Below, piece after piece: positions 13,448 through 24,787 of a stretch of 64,000 nucleotides of DNA. Source of the DNA: Selaginella moellendorffii (lineage: Eukaryota; Plantae; Lycopodiophyta). The notes below the pieces were generated by a model. That model was not told the origin of the DNA and did no database searches. It was given only the letters and a program-made list of their open reading frames with translations. Positions within the stretch are counted from its first letter, which is position 1; each line of letters begins with the position of its first letter. The position numbers and the translations under genes were made by a program. The stretch is from the NCBI RefSeq assembly GCF_000143415.4, contig NW_003314347.1:62001-126000 (forward strand), in the 5' to 3' direction.

Positions 13448-14068
13448 TGGGTTCCTCACAATATGCACTACCCTAACCACACCAAAAAGAAATAAATTAA
13501 AAGTCTAGAGACAAAAGATTCACTCTTTACCTTTTTTTAGATTAATATCCTTAAAAGGAAAACCAACACATGTGGGAGATTTAAATTGTCATCATCATAT
13601 CTATTTCACTAACCAGGGAAGTTGATTCTCGCAAAACCCTATGAGCTCAAAAGTGACATTAAGTTTTTAGCAACATTTAGTTTCTGGAAAATTTCAAAAG
13701 AAAGTATGAAAATGAATATGCAAATGTAATGCCCATGCTATCGATATTAAGTAAGTTCATGTATTAACCTACAAGGACATTTAATTCACATCTGGACTGC
13801 CGCATAATGTCCCAAAATTTCAAAAGGAAGTATGAAAATGAATGCGCACATGTAATGCCCAATAACAGTGGATATTAATGTATTAACCTAATGTTTGGGT
13901 TTCACTGGGATACTCTCTCTAAATTAATAATAGCAACCGTTAAAAAGTTGTACTAGTCATTTAGTACTACAATTCTACGCCACTTGAATTCGTTTAGTAC
14001 TACGCTACTTTTAAAAGTTTGACTTTTAAAAGTTTGAATTTTGAAGACGTCCTAGCCACAAGATCCAG

Positions 14069-14076
14069 TATATAAA
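14069..14076 (+). promoter_or_regulatory. Putative TATA box of MTPSL copy 1
   Basis: TATATAAA 48 bp upstream of the ATG; homologous motif upstream of copy 2. Confidence 0.6.
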
Positions 14077-14116
14077 CAAGGCATCTGTGTAAGCATTCTC
14101 TTGTCTAAGAAGAAAT

Positions 14117-15166
14117 ATGGAAAATATTCTAGTTTCCAGAATTTTGGGTGTCACCCATTTCGAGCTCCCATTGCTTCCCAACAACATTGCATTTTATTGC
14201 CACCCGGAATTCCAATCAATCAGCCTCCAAATCGACGAGTGGTTCCTTGGCAAGATGAGAATCACCGACGAGACCTCCAAGAAGAAGGTGTTGGAGTCCA
14301 GGATCGGTTTGTACGCCTGTATGATGCATCCCCATGCTGAGAGAGAGAAGATTGTGCTGGCCGGGAAACATCTCTGGGCCGTCTTCCTCCTTGACGATTT
14401 GCTGGAATCCAGCGGCACACAAGAGATGCCGAAGCTCAACGCCACCATCTCCAACCTTGCCAGTGGAAATTCCAACGAGGATGTCACAAATCCTGTGCTG
14501 CTTCTCTACCGAGAAGTTATGGAAGAGATCCGGGCTGGTATGGAGCCACCATTGCTGGATCGCTACGTGGAGTGCCTGGGAGCTTCACTGGAAGCCGTGA
14601 AGGATCAAGTTCACCACCGAGCCGAGAAAAGTATCCCTGGAGTGGAAGCTTACAAGCTTGCCCGCCGTGCCACTGGATTCATGGAAGCTGTCGGCGGTAT
14701 CATGACCGAGTTCTGTATGGGAATCCGCCTCAACGAAAGTCAAATCCAGTCTCCAGTCTTTCGAGAGCTCCTCAATTCTGTGTCTGATCACGTTGTTCTT
14801 GTCAATGATCTCTTGTCCTTCCGGAAAGAGTTCTATGAAGGTGCTTGTCACCACAACTGGATCTCAGTTCTCCTGCAGCACAGCCCCAGCGGGACCAGGT
14901 TCCAGGATGCAATTGATCAGCTCTGCGAGATGATACAAGAAGAAGAGCTCTCAATCCTGGCCTTGCAGAGGAAGATTTCCAGCAAAGAACATAGCGACTC
15001 GGAGCTGATGAAGTTCGCAAGGGAGTTCCCAATGGTTGCTTCCGGGAGCCTCGTGTGGTCGTATGTCACTGGCCGCTACCATGGCTATGGTAATCCGCTG
15101 CTGACTGGGGAGATTTTCAGTGGAACTTGGCTGCTCCATCCCATGGTCACCGTCGTCTTGCCATAG
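14117..15166 (+). CDS. MTPSL: Microbial terpene synthase-like protein (class I, alpha-domain only), copy 1, 349 aa, intronless
   Basis: DDLLE aspartate-rich motif, effector Arg in RRATG, NSE motif NDLLSFRKE, WSYVTGRY (WxxxxxRY); size and motif set typical of bacterial/fungal-type TPS found in non-seed plants. Confidence 0.95.
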   Translation: MENILVSRILGVTHFELPLLPNNIAFYCHPEFQSISLQIDEWFLGKMRITDETSKKKVLESRIGLYACMMHPHAEREKIVLAGKHLWAVFLLDDLLESSGTQEMPKLNATISNLASGNSNEDVTNPVLLLYREVMEEIRAGMEPPLLDRYVECLGASLEAVKDQVHHRAEKSIPGVEAYKLARRATGFMEAVGGIMTEFCMGIRLNESQIQSPVFRELLNSVSDHVVLVNDLLSFRKEFYEGACHHNWISVLLQHSPSGTRFQDAIDQLCEMIQEEELSILALQRKISSKEHSDSELMKFAREFPMVASGSLVWSYVTGRYHGYGNPLLTGEIFSGTWLLHPMVTVVLP

Positions 15167-15649
15167 CAGTTCAAAATGGATATCAAACATTCTAGTACGG
15201 AAATAAAATCTAAATCATCCATCATCTCCACAATATATACAGTTCCCAAATCGCGAATGTTGATGATGTTCCTCGGCCAATGAGAATGCAGCACAGCCTG
15301 GGTTGCTAGTGGCTGGTGGGAGAGAGGAGACAGCTGACCCCTGGGCATTTCTTGCGAACTTTGTGGCCGCCAGATCTGGCCAATCAGCGCTGCCAGATAA
15401 CTCGGTAAATATCGTTCTTACTTTGGAAAACTTTTTGCATGACACCTGTTTTTTTTCCTCCGCCCACTCACGCAACCGTAAAGCTTCCATCCTCTACCCT
15501 TGTGAGGGATTGGTTTTCTTACCACAGCTCCTAGCGGCGAAGTTTCCCAATTCTCCTAAGCAGCACAAGTGAGGGATAAATTTTCTCTGGCCAGTGTTTC
15601 TTTCTTCCTTGCCCTCTGCTCCAATTTGCCCTGAAATACTTCGAGAGTT

Positions 15650-15800
15650 TTTCATCCCGCGGCGGCAGCGTCTCGATCTTGGTGGTAATGCAGGGAAAGC
15701 TATTTCTCGCCACTGTGGGCGTATGCCACGATCATCATGTTCCACAAACAAGGTGGCCACTGTGGCATGGAATCTAAGATGGATCACACTCAGCTGGAGC
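15650..15800 (-). pseudogene. Short PPR-gene fragment
   Basis: Minus strand reads ILDSMPQWPPCLWNMMIVAYAHSGE, a single PLS-type PPR motif without an intact ORF around it. Confidence 0.45.
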
Positions 15801-18778
15801 ACCAGAGTTTAAGAATTTGAGTCATAAGCCTTAGGTGCATATGTTTCTAGACCTCGATCTCAACGTCAATGCAAGTGTCTGGCAATGAGCTATGTCTCCC
15901 CAGCAATTCTACACTGGCTCTTTCTCTCACAGATCTCGAACCAAAAGTGTTAATATTTGTGTTCGGTTCCAATGTAGCTGTTGTGGAAAGACGAATTGAT
16001 TGTACCTTTTTACTAGCATTTCTTCTCTTGATCCTTGTGCTGTTGGGAGGAAAAACTGATTAGGAGAAGTGTGCCCGTGTTCCCAGAGCACAGGTGCAAG
16101 TTAGTTGGAGCAGGTCAAGGCCATAGGTAAAGGCAAGTTGTTCGAGAGATTTTCCATCTCTATAGAAGTTGGGACATATGATATAGCTTGCATTAATGTT
16201 CTCTTTTGGCTTTCTTCTTTTGCATATTTCGTAAAGCAACTTAAAAGTGAGTTATAAATAATTAATTAAAATTAATTAGAACGAAGACAACTGAAAACGA
16301 ATGAAGATAAACAAAGACATGTGGCAGATTGTGATTGGCTTGGAAATACTTTTGCAGTGTTTTAAGGTTCTAGAATATTCACTTACATCAAAGGGGGCAT
16401 TTATAACATATCAATGCTGTTCATTCTTCTGGTGGGATAATCAGCTTAATGGCATAATTGAGCACAGAGCAATGATGGATGACTCAAGTAGAAAGTTTTA
16501 GTGAAATACTTATGGACTAAGGCAGCTTGACAAGCACAAGTTTGAGGGTCAGCAGGTTATAAACTATTCAGGTCAATAGTGAGGACCTCTTTCTTCCTTA
16601 GTTGCTGTAGATGTGACTTAGTATTGGATTTCCATTTCTTGCAGAACTCCTTTGAAGAGTCTATAGATCATCACCACCTCAGCAGGATTGATGCCTTTTA
16701 AGAACATCTCAAGAATGCTCCATGGGCTCTGGTATGGCAATGATGGATCTAACTTTGAGTTCCCTGTCTCGAGAATTCCAATTAGAGCTTTAGTGGTTCT
16801 AGCATTGCGAGTAGTCTAGCTCTAGTAGCAAAAGCTGTAGCATTGCCTCGTGCATGATGAATTGTCTTCTTCCAAGCAGCATCATGGACAATACAACACC
16901 TGCAACCATCACCATCAAATCTTGCACATCCATAGCAGGGGCCATGAGTTTTAAACCACCTCTGATTCTTGTGACAAAGTCAAGCTCATTGATTACACCA
17001 TGAGTATGGCAGTGGCTTTGACTTCACTAGCACCACCAGCTGTGAGTACTTCACCAAAAACTTCTACTTCACCACTGAGAACAAGTCTCATGAGCTCCAT
17101 TGCCATGAAAAAGTGTAAACATGGGGTGGAGAGGAAAGGAAAGTATATACCCCCACCCCTCACCCAAACACCAAGTTATCAATGACTATCCTTTCAATCT
17201 CCTAGGAACAAGGCAAGAAATTTGCATTTGGTACATGTATGCTAGAGCTGAAGGCAAAGTATCCTTCCATGTTAGATTCTAGAGAATGCTAGACCTTGGA
17301 GTCTGCCACTTTGCATCTCTCCTCTCTCTCACGAAAGGCAAAGAGACTACCTTGTTAATTCTTAATGTCATCTATTGCTAAGTATACCAATTTCATGTCT
17401 ATAGGCATCTCACAAAGATGTAGCTCCTCTACACAAAGATGGGAGTGGTCCACCAAGTACTTCACTAAAAACTTCTACTTGAGTGATGTGACTCTCCCTC
17501 ACTTGCCACAAAAATGATTATCCCACCAGAAGAATGGTCAGCAGTGATGCCATTCATGGATAAGTTATGCCCCCAAAGATGCACATTCATTTTATTTAAA
17601 TTCAAGTTCAATTCATTTCAATTAGTTTGTCTTTATTTGCACTTGAATGCATGAATGGTGATAGGAAATTTGGCTATTCTTTTTCTTTCTTTAGGGAGTG
17701 CAAGATGCTGGCTCTAGGGTTCATCTCCCAACACAAATGCAATTGCACGTGATCGCTTCAGCACAGCTTGCTCTACACGGTTCTTTGCTTTGGCGGCTAA
17801 CATGGCAAGTAATGGCGCCATAGAATTGCTTGGTGAGAGATTTACTCTTAATCAAGAAAAAGTAGGTGAATCATCAACACCAGATTTCATGTCGTTCTTC
17901 TTCTAATCAGCTCCCCACTTGCAATTCTTACCAAATTTTGATGGGGAGTAGTGGTTGTGGCTGAATTCATTGTTGTAGATTGGCTTGGTGTAAACTGCAA
18001 GGCATCCCATAATTCAAATGATTCCATTGTTGCTGTTGCGGCTCTTGACGTCAGTATCTCTTGATCGAGAGCTTCATTGTTTGAGGGAGGAAATTCCTCG
18101 GTCCATCTTAGTGCTCCCACGGGAGAGACTTGTAGAAAATTCGAGACTCCATATTCTTGTCATAGACGTTCCTCTCACCTTCGGATTCCTTCAAGGAGAT
18201 TTGATTGTACTCGTTCTTGCTGTGTAGCCATGGTCCTTGTTGCTTCCCGATCCATATTTGTTGTTGCTACCAATTTGACGGTTTCGCTCAATCCTAGATT
18301 GCTGAGCTGGCGTGATCTCTCAGGATCCTCTCCGGGTTTCTTGCGCGTCATTGGAGTAGGCTATTTCTATCATCTCCACGATGTCGATCTCTAGTTCTGT
18401 TGGTGATGAAGGTTCTTTCTCAATTCTTATAGCTATCTATATTCCCTCTAATCTCTCGTACCAATGACCTCGCTGGTGGAGTACCTCAAGCTCGCTCATT
18501 GCCAGACCTCAAGTTTCTCCTCTCACCAAATGAACCAAATATCAAAGGAGCACAACGCAAAACACCCCGAGAGAGCAATGGTGGTGTCACCTCTGCGAGG
18601 TGGGCATTGAGATGCTATAGCATGTCATCTACTAGTGTTCAGCATATAATATATGGTTCCCCATGGTAGATATCCACACTCGAGACCTCCCAAAAGGCTG
18701 ACTGACGTTTGTTTGCTCCATCCCATGTTTCTATTTTAAGCTCTTGCTGCTATATCGCAATCTCTCTAAAGCACCCCG

Positions 18779-19022
18779 CTTTTGGACCAACCACCGCTCT
18801 CTCTCTCCAACCACCGGACTCTCTCTCACTCTAACCACCGGACTCCCTTTCTCTCTCTCTAAAAACTCATGTACTGCGCCACTTTTGGACCAACCACCGC
18901 TCTCTCTCCAACCACCGGACTCCCTTTCTCTCTCTCTAAAAACTCACTTTTAAAAAGCTTGCATTTCTAAAACGTGCAGAACGCCACTTTCAAAAAGCTT
19001 GCATTTCTAAAACGTGCAGAAC
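18779..19022. repeat. Short direct repeats upstream of MTPSL copy 2
   Basis: TTTTGGACCAACCACCGCTCTCTCTC..CAACCACCGGACTC occurs twice (~18780, ~18883); a ~40-bp unit CACTTT.AAAAAGCTTGCATTTCTAAAACGTGCAGAAC occurs twice (~18945-19022). Confidence 0.8.
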
Positions 19023-19033
19023 TACCATGGCCG

Positions 19034-19040
19034 TATATAA
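19034..19040 (+). promoter_or_regulatory. Putative TATA box of MTPSL copy 2
   Basis: TATATAA 69 bp upstream of the ATG. Confidence 0.6.
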
Positions 19041-19102
19041 GCAGGGTAGCGGATTCAAAACCGAGGCATCCGTGTAAGCATTCTCTTTTCTAAGAATAAA
19101 AT

Positions 19103-20197
19103 ATGGAAGATGTTCTAGTTTCCAGAATTTTGGGTGTCACCCATTTCGAGCTCCCATTGCTTCCCAACAACATTGCATTTTATTGCCACCCGGAATTCCA
19201 ATCAATCAGCCTCCAAATCGACGAGTGGTTCCTTGACAAGATGAGAATCGCCGACGAGACTTCCAAGAAGAAGGTGCTGGAGTCCAGGATCGGTTTGTAC
19301 GCCTGTATGATGCATCCCCATGCTGAGAGAGAGAAGATTGTGCTGGCCGGGAAACATCTCTGGGCCGTCTTCCTCCTTGACGATTTGCTGGAATCCAGCG
19401 GCACACAAGAGATGCCGAAGCTCAACGCCACCATTTCCGACCTTGCCAGTGGAAATTCCAACGAGGATGTTACAAATCCTGTGTTGGTTCTCTACCGAGA
19501 AGTTATGGAAGAGATCCGGGCTGGTATGGAGCCACCATTGCTGGATCGCTACGTGGAGTGCCTGGGAGCTTCACTGGAAGCCGTGAAGGATCAAGTTCAC
19601 CACCGAGCCGAGAAAAGTATCCCTGGAGTGGAAGCTTACAAGCTTGCCCGCCGTGCCACTGGATTCATGGAAGCTGTCGGCGGTATCATGACCGAGTTCT
19701 GTATGGGAATCCGCCTCAACGAAAGTCAAATCCAGTCTCCAGTCTTTCGAGAGCTCCTCAATTCTGTGTCTGATCACGTTGTTCTTGTCAATGATCTCTT
19801 GTCCTTCCGGAAAGAGTTCTATGAAGGTGCTTGTCACCACAACTGGATCTCAGTTCTCCTGCAGCACAGCCCCAGCGGGACGAGGTTCCAGGATGTCATT
19901 GATCAGCTCTGCGAGATGATCCAAGAAGAAGAGCTCTCAATCCTGGCATTGCAGAGGAAGATTTCCAGTAAAGAAAATAGCGACTCGGAGCTGATGAAGT
20001 TCGCAAGGGAGTTCCCAATGGTTGCTTCCGGGAGCCTAGTGTGGTCGTATGTCACTGGCCGCTACCATGGCTATGGTAATCCGCTGCTGACTGGGGAGAT
20101 TTTCAGCGGAACTTGGCTGCTCCATCCCATGGCCACCGTCGTCTTGCCAAAGTCTACAGTCTTTTCATTAAACCATTTGGTATATTCTCATGTTTGA
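19103..20197 (+). CDS. MTPSL: Microbial terpene synthase-like protein, copy 2, 364 aa, intronless
   Basis: Same DDLLE / NDLLSFRKE / WSYVTGRY motifs; 9 substitutions relative to copy 1 over the 349 shared residues, plus a 15-aa C-terminal tail. Confidence 0.95.
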   Translation: MEDVLVSRILGVTHFELPLLPNNIAFYCHPEFQSISLQIDEWFLDKMRIADETSKKKVLESRIGLYACMMHPHAEREKIVLAGKHLWAVFLLDDLLESSGTQEMPKLNATISDLASGNSNEDVTNPVLVLYREVMEEIRAGMEPPLLDRYVECLGASLEAVKDQVHHRAEKSIPGVEAYKLARRATGFMEAVGGIMTEFCMGIRLNESQIQSPVFRELLNSVSDHVVLVNDLLSFRKEFYEGACHHNWISVLLQHSPSGTRFQDVIDQLCEMIQEEELSILALQRKISSKENSDSELMKFAREFPMVASGSLVWSYVTGRYHGYGNPLLTGEIFSGTWLLHPMATVVLPKSTVFSLNHLVYSHV

Positions 20198-20232
20198 TGA
20201 AATAAAAGTTAAAGAATCTTGTTACCGCACTG

Positions 20233-21656
<1,424 letters not shown>

Positions 21657-22957
21657 AGCCCCCGCGCTCCCTTGCCTTGCCCTAGGCGGCAAAAGCCTCT
21701 GCTAGGGCTCTTCGCTAATCTTGAAATCCGGATATTCGATGTAGAGGAGAATATCCTACTGTTTAAAATTCTGGCGGGTAATTTAAAATTCTTCCTCTGT
21801 TTTTGAGAGCTGTCTAGCACGTCCAAAATTCGAGCACGCCAAAAGCAATCATAGTCGCGAGATTCTTCATAACTTGGATCGCCCAAATTTCGCTGTGGAT
21901 CAAAAGTAATCCCTAGGTTGAATTGATCTAGAGCAGCGGTGGGCCTGGTAGTGATGGGAATGGAATTTGTCTCCTACCACTTATCATGCAAGAAAAAAAA
22001 AAAAAAAAAAGAGAGGGAAGAAGAAAGTAAAGCTTTTTAGGTGCAGTGGAAGTGGAGACTTGCTTGAGCCTTGTTCCTCCATGAAATCTTTTCTGAAATC
22101 TTTTCATAGCTTTCTCTCCCCCAAGTTGTTTTGCTGACGAGGACCTTGTAGCTAATGGACACATTGTCGGAGGACCCTAAAATCGCGACGAAATTTTTCA
22201 CTTCTTTTCGTTCAAGTTGCAGCCTTTCAAAGATCATTTAGACGCTTGGACGATCGAATCAGCGGATCGCGTGTGGCTGCTTCTCACAATCACCGACGCT
22301 TGCTCCAATATTTCTAGATGCTTGTCTTGCGCTGGAACAGTGAAAGCTATATAACTTGAAGAACAATTTCAATTTACCATGCCCAGACATGCGGACAAAC
22401 TAGAAGATTCCGTGAAAGGATATGTATAGAATAATTAAAAAATCAAAAGACCTTGCCATGAGATACTAATCAAAGGTGGTGGACTAATGATATATTTAGC
22501 GCTAACTCTAACTTAAAACACCTATTTTACAAGATGGGTCAATAGAACAATGTGAGGCAGCTAACGCGCCAACAAAATTCCTGAAAAAGGTAAATCTCCC
22601 CTCTGGTGACGTGGACACTGGCGGCAGAGCTGGCAGTGCTGACATGTTTTACCGTACGCCAAGCTAGCGCATTTTCTACACTGTGGGTAACTATTAAGGG
22701 TAAATAAAAGCTGGGCGAGTTTAGATAAGGCGCTATTCTTAGGGGCTTCACATGTTCTTGGCCATGGCCGCGCCCGGCTGCGTTGAAAATTTGTGGGTCT
22801 CGAGCTGTGGATGCTTCGCGGAGTGCCTGATTTCCCTCCCCAGTCTAATCGCCGCTCATCGTCTCATCATAGGATAGGGGAAGAAGCGCTAGATCGAAGA
22901 TAACTCCACTTACGATTAGCTAGATCGTCGCGCGAATCGATCGAAGGAGTTTGATTC

Positions 22958-23617
22958 ATGGCCAAGACGGAGTCATCGCTCAAGCACTCGAATCTGAGCT
23001 ACATGCTGCGCGACCACAAGAAGAAGATGCTGTCCTCGCGGGAGAAGATGTTCCTGGGCTGCGATGCCGAGGCCAATGCCGGCGCGGAGGTGGATTTGAG
23101 CGAGCTGGAGGAGCACGACATCTGGGCCGCCATGGAGAACCATCTCAGCGATCTCGATCTCCACCACCACCAGGAGGATCATCGCGAAGATCTGGAGGAG
23201 AACTATCATCGAGGAGGCTATGGATTGGCGTCGTCGCTGAGCAGCAAAGCCACCCCGCAGAACATCGTCTCCGCCACCGAATTCCACGGGCGGAGCTCCG
23301 GGAAGTCGCTGCTCCGCCAGCAATCGGCGCCCATGAACGTCCCCGACTGGTCCAAGATCTTGGGAAGCAGCGCCACCAAATCCTCGGCCCGGCAGAGCGT
23401 TTTCCGCGAGGACGACGGATCCGACGACTCGGAGGACGAGTGGTCGCGGGAGGATCATCTTCCCCGGCGGCTGCCACCGCACGAGGTCGTGGCGCGGGAT
23501 TACGCGCGCAGCCATAGCGTGGCCTTCTCGGTTTGCGAAGGCGCGGGTCACACTCTCAAGGGGAGGGATTTGAGCAGAGTTCGCAATGCTGTTCTCAAGC
23601 AAACGGGCTTCCTGTGA
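22958..23617 (+). CDS. S40: Senescence regulator S40 / DUF584 family protein, 219 aa
   Basis: QSAPMNVPDWSKIL and C-terminal PPHE...SVCEGAGHTLKGRDLSRVRNAVLKQTGFL signature. Confidence 0.9.
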   Translation: MAKTESSLKHSNLSYMLRDHKKKMLSSREKMFLGCDAEANAGAEVDLSELEEHDIWAAMENHLSDLDLHHHQEDHREDLEENYHRGGYGLASSLSSKATPQNIVSATEFHGRSSGKSLLRQQSAPMNVPDWSKILGSSATKSSARQSVFREDDGSDDSEDEWSREDHLPRRLPPHEVVARDYARSHSVAFSVCEGAGHTLKGRDLSRVRNAVLKQTGFL

Positions 23618-24762
23618 AGAACATACACACACGTCCAGTTCTCTGAGGATAGCAATGGTTCATGTGATAGATCGATTTGGAGAGATCGCGTGTCAAAGGT
23701 TTGTGGGTTCCTTGGAAGTTCCTCTCTTGGTCTTTCGTTTTTTTCCTTTCTGGGTCCTTTCGATCGATCGATCCATAGCTTCTCCTATCTGTGATTTGGC
23801 CTGGCCTAGTCTTCTTCTAAGTGTACATACTATGTGGAGGTAACTTGCTAGAACTTTTATGGCTTTGCGGAAGAACTTTTCATCGCTGTTTCTCCCATTT
23901 GCGTGTGAAACCGAAGAAGAAGTTTGTGATTTGTATAAAACAATCTCTTTCTTGAGCTTCACTGACCAGTACGGACAGAGACCCTGTGCTGTACGGCAGC
24001 TCCAAAAGCTGGAGGAAATAACTGACTATGGATCGCGCTGTTGCTTTGTGAGTGGCGAGTGGCAATTTACAACATGAATACATCCACAGAGGAAAAAGGC
24101 CTTTTGTAAGCAATAATTTAAATATTTTTAAACTACTGTTATTTGTATTGTTTGGGTGTTTCTCTGTTTTTAATTTTCTCCCGAATTTTTCAATTGGTCG
24201 CCAGTCTCAGGAAATCAGAAGAAAATGGGCCATGTGTTCCTTGCATGATGTCGAGAGGCTCTTTTGTTTGTTTGGGAGGAGGCCGAGATTCCTTACATGA
24301 ATTCTAGTGATTAGTTCTTTTATCCTATGCGATGATCAGGGGAATTTTAGCCATTTGATCTTTGTGGGCCTGCAGAAAAGCATGCAAATCCAAACTATAC
24401 GAAACATTGCTCTACTAATAAGTAAATGGGATTTTATTGATTGAGAAGGACCCGCATGTGAAATGTGGGCCAAGACAATCAATCATTACAATTAGGATAA
24501 GAGAAAACTATGCCACCTTTTTCTATTTTCACTCAAAAACCAGGATCTATTGACCATAGTGATCAACTGATATGTAATGGAGATTTTGTGACGACAAAAA
24601 ACTCACACCCATTTTATTGCTATCAACGATTTGCCACAGTCTGTTGTTTCTGTTTCAAGTCAAATCCTTTGATTTGCTCGCTGGCGTCAGCAGATATTCT
24701 TGTAGACTCTTTGGTTGGTTGGTGCTGGGAATCGAACCCCTCGCGGAGAATTAGGGCTTTTC

Positions 24763-24770
24763 TAGGGTTT
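24763..24770 (-). promoter_or_regulatory. Telo-box (AAACCCTA) with upstream site II motifs (TGGGCC) in the NSN1-like promoter
   Basis: TAGGGTTT at 24763-24770, 18 bp before the ATG; TGGGCC at ~24226, ~24365 and ~24466. This pairing is typical of plant ribosome-biogenesis genes. Confidence 0.55.
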
Positions 24771-24787
24771 TGGTTTTTCGGGTCGCC

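Noticed and set aside
14117-20197. Bacterial or fungal contamination as the source of the intronless terpene synthases
   Set aside because: They are contiguous with plant spliceosomal genes and plant LTR elements, have TATA boxes, and MTPSLs are an established non-seed-plant family.
14117-20197. Retroposition as the origin of the twin MTPSLs
   Set aside because: Both copies share the TATA-box context and neither has a poly(A) remnant, favouring DNA-level duplication or gene conversion.
19103-20197. Assigning a specific SmMTPSL number or product to any copy
   Set aside because: This needs a database comparison or enzyme assay that I cannot run, so only the family name is given.
22951-23632. 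Overlapping 188-aa (+) and 219-aa (-) ORFs over S40, and similar shadow ORFs over the PPR, ZIP and MTPSL genes
   Set aside because: Expected by-products of GC-rich coding sequence; no recognisable motifs.
24715-24750. tRNA-like 3' end on the minus strand (GGGGTTCGATTCCCAGCACCA)
   Set aside because: The T-stem pairs only partly, no D or anticodon arm is visible, and it lies in the NSN1-like 5' region.
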